Virus record (IMG/VR): IMGVR_UViG_3300033145_000192
Coordinates: 96,001-160,000 of that record
Length of the DNA stretch: 64,000 bases
Direction: 5' to 3' (one strand)
DNA from: a virus
This document shows, one piece after another, positions 56,735 to 63,192 of the stretch. The notes under the pieces are model-generated. The model saw only the letters and a list, made by a program, of their open reading frames with translations. It made no database searches and was not told the origin of the DNA. The number at the start of each line of letters is the position of its first letter. Position 1 is the first letter of the stretch. The position numbers and the translations under genes were made by a program.

Positions 56735-57378
56735 GGTTTCTTTTGCGTCTCACAACTGGCCAGGCCAGGGGGCAGTCTGTCTATAATGAATCAGCGAACG
56801 ACACGCAAATGCAACGTATCTTCTCTAGCAGTTACGAATGACACGCAAATGCTACGAATGCTTTCGTTTCACCATACGTCTCACGAGAATCCGCCCGAGG
56901 TGTTCACGCATAAGGAGTAAATGACACGCAAATGAGACCCACTACATATGGTATGCTATTTGTTATGACACGCAAATGAAACGCTGTTGTTCCCTACGGG
57001 GAGATTGGCATGATTCCAACACAACTAAAGGAGTTACAAATGAGACGCAAATGCAACGAGCACCTGCGCCATTCTAATACACCCCCCATATGTAGTGGGT
57101 TGGCACGCAAGAGAGACGCAACGAGCCTATGAAACGCATTTGTGACATAAAATCAATTCGTTTCACTATACGTCTCACGGAAAGCCGCCCGAGGTGTCTG
57201 GGGAGAGGGAGGAAACGCAAATGAGACGAGAGCCGCAAATGAGACAAAAGCCTCCGCTGCGCTGCGTCATGCTTCTTTTCATTTCACCTTGCAACGCATT
57301 TGTGGAGCAAGGCTACCTAAAGGCTTTACAGCGTTTCACTTACGTCTCAGATGTTGCACCGTATGTGACACGAAGACT

Positions 57379-57396
57379 TTGGCACGGGATTTGCTT
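57379..57396 (+). promoter_or_regulatory. Sigma54-like -24/-12 element
   Basis: TTGGCACGGGATTTGCTT, near-perfect consensus. Confidence 0.6.
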
Positions 57397-57488
57397 AGGG
57401 GGCGGCTGGCGGCTGGCCGACGTAACTCTATACGCCACGTCTAAGCCATTGTGCCCACTAGCTTTATGAACTCAGTGGACCTTGGGGT

Positions 57489-57506
57489 CTGGCATGGCAT
57501 TCGCTT
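57489..57506 (+). promoter_or_regulatory. Sigma54-like -24/-12 element
   Basis: CTGGCATGGCATTCGCTT. Confidence 0.45.
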
Positions 57507-57635
57507 AGTGAGACGTATCTGACCCATGACACGCATAACTCCTTTGTTTTGGCAATGAGACGTATTGTGGTGTCCAGCCGGACACTGTAGCCAAATGGAC
57601 ACCACTGGAATCATTAGAGTTACGTCAAATACCCT

Positions 57636-57653
57636 CTGGCATGGGACGTGCTA
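57636..57653 (+). promoter_or_regulatory. Sigma54-like -24/-12 element
   Basis: CTGGCATGGGACGTGCTA, nearly identical to the 53596 copy. Confidence 0.58.
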
Positions 57654-57885
57654 TAGCTTCCCTGTCGGCCAACGGCAACACGGGAGGAAAGGTAAGGTAT
57701 CACGGGGGTTACGGGTGTCATTGTGATACCCTCCCATGATACTAACCCTAGACTCGCCAGCATATTCGGGAGGTAAGCCTAACCCCTATTCGCAGGAATC
57801 GTGTCAAAACGGTCCCGAGCGAGCCATAAATGAGACGGATTGTCGCCAAAAGGCTACAGCGTCCACGCAACGGGGGGAGTTAGGT

Positions 57886-57903
57886 TTGGCATTCGGCGTG
57901 CTA
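57886..57903 (+). promoter_or_regulatory. Sigma54-like -24/-12 element upstream of the large ncRNA candidate
   Basis: TTGGCATTCGGCGTGCTA. Confidence 0.55.
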
Positions 57904-57914
57904 CTGTGTTCCGT

Positions 57915-58800
57915 AACGCTAACTTGAGAGGGTAAAGCGAGCCACTATACCGCCCCATAAACGGGATTCCGACTGATAGCGGGATAATGATTCTATCAGG
58001 GTTTTATACTAACCGGCGTTAAAAGCGTTGGACGTATTGTGGACCTTAGCACGATACGTAGGGTTCCCCTGGCGGGGAATACAAAGGTTGTATGGTCTAC
58101 TGTGCAAGGTAGCTTAAGCCATACAACCGGGGGCGGTAAGCCGAGATACTGGCTTGCTCAATGTCGTAAGACTGCCCTGTAAAAGCGACGGCGCTTGCCC
58201 AAAGTATTTAGGCTTTAACCTATAAGGTTGCGGTAGGGGTTGGAATCAGGATACCCTGAGCGAGTAGACTAGGTTAGAGTTTCTGCCATGCGGGCGACAA
58301 GCCGATTGTTAAGCGGCTCGCGTGGATAGGTTGGCAAACCTATAACCCTGTTTTGGTGGGGTATATGGTGAGCTATGGCCGACTGTTGGGAGCGTGGCGC
58401 AAGCTACGCCAGTCGGTTATCTCGCTAGTCTGTGCAAGCGGACCTTGTATATCCTTTTAATGAACGGGGCCTAGCCCGAAACGTCCGTTTCCGTTAGCTA
58501 GACACGGTTTCGCCTCTATTCGCCTATATCCGTGAGTCGTTTAGACTCGTGGGCTACCTAACTTGGTAGGTTACAGGATACCGCAAGGTCTCCCCAATAC
58601 CGTAAACCCAGGGGCCTACAGGATAGCGGGCGATTGGCGATAACACGGTCCATAATGCGTTGATACCAAGGGACTCCAAACGGAGTTATTAAATCCCGTG
58701 AACGGTTTATGCCGGAAACAATGGCTTATTAGGGCAGGGTTCAAGGGGTCATATCCCCTGGCAGGGTTTTTGCCGCCACCATTCGGGAGGCGGCTTTTTT
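57915..58800 (+). ncRNA. Candidate large structured ncRNA (about 880 nt)
   Basis: No credible ORF. At least 15 stems with G-U pairs, several GNRA loops and nested multistem junctions, bounded by a promoter motif and a terminator. Confidence 0.68.
58772..58800 (+). terminator. Intrinsic terminator
   Basis: GCCGCC-ACC-ATTC-GGGA-GGCGGC followed by TTTTTT. Confidence 0.8.
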
Positions 58801-58814
58801 CGTGGGAGTGTATC

Positions 58815-59009
58815 GTGTTCAAGTTCTCGATTCGTTCGGCTCGCTCGGGTGGCGAGACCGAGGTATTCTCAATGGTCCCGTTCTGCGGGGTCAAGGTCGC
58901 CTTGGGCGGAAACGCCCCCAAGGCAAACTGCGTCCGAAACGGCGCGGGCTACGTCTACGTGGGACGGCGCAAGCGGTCGCAAATGCGCTCAGGCCGCACG
59001 CGGGTCTAA
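58815..59009 (+). CDS. Small basic hypothetical protein (64 aa)
   Basis: GGGAG RBS and GTG start (VFKFSIRSARSGG...RTRV), in the frame of track ORF 58698..59009. Confidence 0.55.
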   Translation: MFKFSIRSARSGGETEVFSMVPFCGVKVALGGNAPKANCVRNGAGYVYVGRRKRSQMRSGRTRV

Positions 59010-59034
59010 CTCCCTCGCATTGGTATTGGTCGCT

Positions 59035-59104
59035 ATGCCACTGGCCTAAAAGTAAGGCGCTCGCCGCAAAGGCGGGAGGTATGGGTGCAAATCCCATGTG
59101 GCGT
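59035..59104 (+). ncRNA. tRNA-shaped cloverleaf with non-canonical loops (nominal anticodon CAA)
   Basis: Stems 7/4/5/5 bp, 7-nt loops, 4-nt variable loop; U8, A14, G53-C61 and U54-A58 kept; no D-loop GG, no U33, no CCA. Confidence 0.65.
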
Positions 59105-59138
59105 TTTGTTCCGTTCGTTTCTTCTACTAGGAGTGATT

Positions 59139-59420
59139 GTGTTCAAGCCCGACGAGTCCAAGGCTGAGGAAAACTCGGCCATTCTCAGGACCGAGACCGT
59201 TCCCGGTATCGGTTCGGTTCTCGTGTTCACCGACAGCGCGGCGCGTGACGCATACGGCAAGTATGTGGAGCCCGAGGGTTTCGCGGACGAGGGTTCGTTC
59301 GAGGAAATTCTCTTCGACAAGCACGGGGAAATGGTGCTCACCTACCGCGACGACCCCCGTGGTATCGACGAGTATCTGGAGGAGCCCGCAATGGTGACTC
59401 GGTTCTGGGGTCGCAAGTAG
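59139..59420 (+). CDS. Hypothetical acidic protein
   Basis: AGGAG RBS and GTG start (VFKPDESK...). Confidence 0.6.
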   Translation: MFKPDESKAEENSAILRTETVPGIGSVLVFTDSAARDAYGKYVEPEGFADEGSFEEILFDKHGEMVLTYRDDPRGIDEYLEEPAMVTRFWGRK

Positions 59421-59460
59421 CGGGACCAATACTCCCGCAAACCTAGCCTGCTCGGGCTAT

Positions 59461-59545
59461 CCGCGATAACTGAGCGGCTGGGCTACGCTTTACGAGGGGA
59501 AGGGAATGATAGCTCCCTACTCGGGTTCGACTCCCGAGATTGCGG
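59461..59545 (+). ncRNA. tRNA-like cloverleaf
   Basis: CCGCGAT/ATTGCGG acceptor, AGCG/CGCT D-like arm with TGG, AGGGA/TCCCT arm, TCGGG-TTCGACT-CCCGA; followed by T5. Confidence 0.58.
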
Positions 59546-59648
59546 TTTTTCGGTTTGTTTCGTCTCACGTTGGGACGATTTTGAGACGGAGTGTAGCCCG
59601 CTGGAAACAGTCGGGCTTGCTTTGTTTCGGAAGCAAACGAGTTACGCT

Positions 59649-59666
59649 TTGGCACGTCGGGTGCTA
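59649..59666 (+). promoter_or_regulatory. Sigma54-like -24/-12 element
   Basis: TTGGCACGTCGGGTGCTA, about 55 nt upstream of ATG 59722. Confidence 0.6.
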
Positions 59667-59721
59667 TAGGTTGGTCGTCAAGTTCAACCGAATGTAGCAA
59701 GCACAAGGGAGGGAGGGGCAT

Positions 59722-60432
59722 ATGAAACGTCGCAAGCGCAGCGGGCGAACGACTCACAAACGGGCGTGGCATAGCGCGGCGAAAGCCCCCCGTGGCAAGC
59801 CGTGGGCAAAGGTCGATACCTTGCTGGAACGGCTCAAGGCAGAGCACAGTTTCAAGGCTATGGCTCTCCCCGTGTTTCAGACGCTCTGGACACTCCAGCG
59901 TGACAACGGCTGGAAGGGAAACGCTGTTACCCAGTTCGTTTGGGAGCAGTATCGTCGGCGCACGGAGTATATGCCCTACGTCCGGGACGGCCTGGATATG
60001 GGGGACGTGCTCGCTGCGGTAGACGGGCAGGCTTTCCCCAACTGGCTTGACGCATACGCTGAGAAGCACGGTTCGGGCCAGCGCAAGTATGGGGAGTCAA
60101 AGGGAGAGATTATCCCTGAGACGAAACCTACTCGGTTCAAGGTCCGTGGAAAGCCCAAGCCCAAGGTTGAGGCTCCCAAGGTCGAAACCCAGGCAGAGCG
60201 GTGGAAGCGTATCGGAGACGAGCGGCGAGCGGAAAACGCCACGGCTGAGGAACAGTCGGGTATCCGCCAGAAAGCCTGGCTCCGCGACAGAGACATTGAG
60301 GACATTTGGCGACTCATATCCAAGGGAGAGTTTCCCCTGGGGACCGTCGCTTTTGACGCAGAACTGAAACGGCGTGCAAACGAGCGGGAACAGGCCCGAC
60401 AGCACGCGGTTTTGTTCGACCACGGGCGGTAG
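59722..60432 (+). CDS. Hypothetical basic protein
   Basis: 236 aa, GGGAGGGAGGGG RBS. Confidence 0.7.
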   Translation: MKRRKRSGRTTHKRAWHSAAKAPRGKPWAKVDTLLERLKAEHSFKAMALPVFQTLWTLQRDNGWKGNAVTQFVWEQYRRRTEYMPYVRDGLDMGDVLAAVDGQAFPNWLDAYAEKHGSGQRKYGESKGEIIPETKPTRFKVRGKPKPKVEAPKVETQAERWKRIGDERRAENATAEEQSGIRQKAWLRDRDIEDIWRLISKGEFPLGTVAFDAELKRRANEREQARQHAVLFDHGR

Positions 60433-60451
60433 AACCGCCATAGGAGTTTTC

Positions 60452-61102
60452 ATGGCAAAGGCCAAGTTCGATTTCATTGGTATGGTCATGGACGCTCCCG
60501 AGGACCAGCGGGCTGGTATGTTGGAGCAAATGGCCAACATGACCAGCACCCCGGTTTCCGAGCTTTCGGAGCAGTTGGACAGCCGACTGAACAAGCGGAA
60601 GGAAACTGAGGAGCAGAAGGCTCGACGTTTGGAGCGCGAGGAGCGTAACAAGCGGGTCGAGACTGTTACCGCTACGGTGGAGTCGCTGCGCGACGATATC
60701 GACGGTCTGCGGGTGGCGTTCGAGGAGGTTTCGGAACTGGAGGGGCAGATTGTCCTGAGCGGTTTCGACAGCGATACCCTCGTGTTCACGGTCGGCGGGC
60801 TCAAGGTGAGCAAGCGTGGTGGCGGAACTGGCGGCGGAAAGCCTGCCGCGAATCAGCCGCGCCCCTACGTTTCGGACGGCGAGCGTATCTTGGGCCAGTT
60901 GCCCAAGTGGGCTGAGGAAAACGTCGGCCTGGCTGAGTTGGAGGAGCTTTCCGAGGAGCACGAGATTGACCTTTCGTATTCCGCAAAGACGGGCAAGCTC
61001 GGTTCCAAGAATCTCGCCAAGTTGCTGCTCAAGGCAGAGCTTATCGAGAAGAGCGAGGTAACTGCTGAGGAGCAGGCCGCGTTCGAGGCGACTCGGGACT
61101 AA
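60452..61102 (+). CDS. Hypothetical protein: coiled-coil N-terminus, Gly/Lys linker, C-terminal domain
   Basis: AGGAG RBS, 216 aa starting MAKAKFDF. Confidence 0.72.
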   Translation: MAKAKFDFIGMVMDAPEDQRAGMLEQMANMTSTPVSELSEQLDSRLNKRKETEEQKARRLEREERNKRVETVTATVESLRDDIDGLRVAFEEVSELEGQIVLSGFDSDTLVFTVGGLKVSKRGGGTGGGKPAANQPRPYVSDGERILGQLPKWAEENVGLAELEELSEEHEIDLSYSAKTGKLGSKNLAKLLLKAELIEKSEVTAEEQAAFEATRD

Positions 61103-61144
61103 CAAGGTCCAATGCGCTGGCATACCGCCTCATAGTATGCCGCT

Positions 61145-61192
61145 GCCTTATCTCCGACTGGCGGGGTTTACGGGTCCGACTCCCGATAAGGC
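61145..61192 (+). ncRNA. Minimal three-arm tRNA-like element
   Basis: GCCTTAT/ATAAGGC acceptor, CTCCG/CGGGG arm and CGGG-TCCGACT-CCCG. Confidence 0.5.
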
Positions 61193-61195
61193 TGT

Positions 61196-61278
61196 CGTTG
61201 CTGGTCTAGTAGAATGACGCCCGCTATCAAAGAGCATAGCTCTTATGCGGGAGATATGGGTTCATGTCCCATGCAACG
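61196..61278 (+). ncRNA. tRNA-like cloverleaf with an elongated anticodon arm
   Basis: CGTTGC/GCAACG acceptor, D-arm GTC-TAGTAGAAT-GAC, CCCGC/GCGGG stem extended by AAGAGC/GCTCTT, ATGGG-TTCATGT-CCCAT. Confidence 0.6.
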
Positions 61279-61362
61279 CGCTACACAAGCCAGTAGGTAG
61301 AACCCCGCGTGGGGTATCACGCCGTATGGCTGTTTCTTTCACTCCAGCAAATAGGAGGGCAA

Positions 61363-61569
61363 ATGCCCCACCCCGCAATCATGGCTCCGCGTCCGACCGT
61401 TTGTTTCAAACAGGGAAACCGAGTCTACTCGGTCACTCGGATTCGAGAGGGCAAGGTTGAGGCGAGTTTGACGCTCAATGGGCGTAGGCTTCGCGGTCGG
61501 CCCAAGTTCTTCAAGCCTGCCGAGATTTGCACGTTTGGCGTGCGGAATATCGTTCGGCGGGGTAACTAG
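61363..61569 (+). CDS. Small basic hypothetical protein
   Basis: AGGAGGG RBS, 68 aa starting MPHPAIM. Confidence 0.6.
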   Translation: MPHPAIMAPRPTVCFKQGNRVYSVTRIREGKVEASLTLNGRRLRGRPKFFKPAEICTFGVRNIVRRGN

Positions 61570-61846
61570 ACAGCCTCAGTTTGTAGGCGGCGCGGGAATG
61601 GGGGTTTCAAGTATAGGCTGGCCCCCTCGCCCCGTATTCCCTGGGGAGGGTAAAGAATCCATGCGTATCAGGGCTGTTTGAACGGGGGGCTTCGGCCCCC
61701 TTCGTAATGTAGCTAGGCAGTTTGTGCGGCGCACCATGTCGGAATTGGATTGGGTGCGAGCGTATTGCGCGTGAATGGGGCGCATACAATACAAACTCTC
61801 TAACGGTCCCAAGCCCGTGTAAATACAGAGGGAGGAAGGAATAACC

Positions 61847-62155
61847 GTGAGTAGCCCGTCATACTACCTTTTCCGAATAAGCCTGCCGCCGCATTTGGTG
61901 GGCGGGCTTGACCCGATTGTGCTTATCCCCGCCCCAAACGGCGAGGATTCCGAGCATAGTGGGGATACGGTGTTCCATAGGGACGGGACGGTAACGTGCC
62001 TGCGGGATATGGTGCGTTTTCGTGCGGCTCACGACGAGGTAAGGGAGCATATCGGGGACGGCCAATGGATTGGAACCGTCTGCCTGTATGACGATACTCT
62101 GGAGGACCTTGTGAGGTTTATCCAGAACGGCTTTCGGTGGCACGTTTCACCGTAA
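61847..62155 (+). CDS. Hypothetical protein
   Basis: GTG start after a GGAAGGA RBS. Confidence 0.62.
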   Translation: MSSPSYYLFRISLPPHLVGGLDPIVLIPAPNGEDSEHSGDTVFHRDGTVTCLRDMVRFRAAHDEVREHIGDGQWIGTVCLYDDTLEDLVRFIQNGFRWHVSP

Positions 62156-62212
62156 GTAACCCGCAGAAATCAACAAACAACGGCTAGGCCGCACGTCTCA
62201 TAGGGAGTAAGT

Positions 62213-62467
62213 ATGCGGAATCCAGGGTGTTTTGGCGATTGGCGCAACCTACTCAGCGCGGAACGCGGTGAGATTGGTATGGATTGGCCCTATACGTTCA
62301 AGGGAACGGTGGCCAGTATCAGCGCGGTTACTGGGGCGGCGCTTGTCGCCAGTGTCCCTAACGCCGAGCCGCTGGATAACAAGTTCTGGCTGTGCATAGA
62401 GAACGGGCGCGTTTTCTTGTATACCCACGATTGCGACGTTCGGCTGATTGTTCTGGAGGAGGAGTAG
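62213..62467 (+). CDS. Hypothetical protein
   Basis: GGGAG RBS; alternative start at 62279. Confidence 0.55.
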   Translation: MRNPGCFGDWRNLLSAERGEIGMDWPYTFKGTVASISAVTGAALVASVPNAEPLDNKFWLCIENGRVFLYTHDCDVRLIVLEEE

Positions 62468-62470
62468 CCT

Positions 62471-62683
62471 ATGTATGAGGAGTTTATTGCCGCAATGGCA
62501 AAGGCTACTCAGCGAGCTAATGACCTAGCAGGGCTTGAGGACGCGGTCGCGCTTATGCGACGGCTCTACGTCATACGCCCCACCGAAGCGAATACCATTC
62601 GCCGGGAGTATCAGGAAGTGGTGGCCGAGTTTCATAGGTCGCCGCTTTACGTGGCTTGGAAGAAACAAAGCGAGGGGAGTTAG
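62471..62683 (+). CDS. Hypothetical protein
   Basis: GAGGAGGAG RBS, 70 aa. Confidence 0.62.
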   Translation: MYEEFIAAMAKATQRANDLAGLEDAVALMRRLYVIRPTEANTIRREYQEVVAEFHRSPLYVAWKKQSEGS

Positions 62684-62684
62684 A

Positions 62685-62987
62685 GTGGCGAAACTGATTG
62701 AGGTAAAGGTCGGACAGATTTGGCGAGCCCGCGTTAGCGGAAATTTCGTGGACGTGGAGGTTATCGCCATTCACAAGCCCGACAATTACGGCGGTCGTCG
62801 GCAGAAAACGAAGCTCACGCTGCATAACCTCAAAACGAAGCGCCAGATTGAGCGCACCCCTGCTTTCCTGCGGCGTAAGGTCGCGAATAGCAGGGTCGAG
62901 GGAAATATCCGAGTGACCCCCAAGGCCGCTCTGGATATCAGGATTCAGGAGTTGCCGAACTGTCTCGGTTTCGCAGGGGAACGCTAG
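62685..62987 (+). CDS. Hypothetical basic beta-barrel (SH3/KOW-like) protein
   Basis: GTG start after GAGGGGAG; VKVGQIWRARVSGNFVDVEVIAI. Confidence 0.58.
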   Translation: MAKLIEVKVGQIWRARVSGNFVDVEVIAIHKPDNYGGRRQKTKLTLHNLKTKRQIERTPAFLRRKVANSRVEGNIRVTPKAALDIRIQELPNCLGFAGER

Positions 62988-63015
62988 AAAACACGGTCTG
63001 GAGTATTGCGCCGTA

Positions 63016-63153
63016 GGCTTGACAAACCGGCGTTGGTAGAAATACCACGGGGACTCCAATCCTGCCGGTTATTGGTCCCGAGGTAGCTAGGAGTTTGGTG
63101 AAACTTACTCTGTTTGAAACTACCCGAGAGAAAGTATCGGGTATAGTCAAGCC
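63016..63153 (+). ncRNA. Multistem structured RNA candidate upstream of the YkgJ-like gene
   Basis: GGCTTGAC/GTCAAGCC closes four internal hairpins, one with a GAAA tetraloop. Confidence 0.5.
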
Positions 63154-63192
63154 CCAGACAAATTCCACAACTGATTGCCAGGAGAGCAAAAC

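Larger units (their letters stand above)
53680..57560. repeat. Dense field of a degenerate 11-bp repeat GANACGCAWWT(G), in both orientations
   Basis: More than 25 copies by eye (GACACGCAAATG, GAGACGCAAATG, GAAACGCATTTG, CATTTGCGTCTC), often tandem at an 11-bp period, including inside ORFs. Confidence 0.8.

Noticed and set aside
54706-56760. Classical integron attC cassettes
   Set aside because: No RYYYAAC...GTTRRRY box pairs and no integrase in the window. It is kept only as an analogy.
53680-57560. CRISPR array
   Set aside because: Repeats are short, degenerate, in both orientations and irregularly spaced; there is no constant repeat-spacer period and no cas genes.
58260-58435. Group I intron core (AGACTA...TAGTC resembles P7) or hammerhead within the large ncRNA
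   Set aside because: No J8/7 AAGAUA, no recognisable P3/P4 core, no interrupted host gene, and no CUGANGA hammerhead core.
53837-61278. Canonical tRNA or tmRNA genes
   Set aside because: Elements lack the combination of D-loop GG, U33, a 7-nt anticodon loop and a CCA end; no tmRNA tag reading frame or GGGG 5' end was seen. They are reported as tRNA-like instead.
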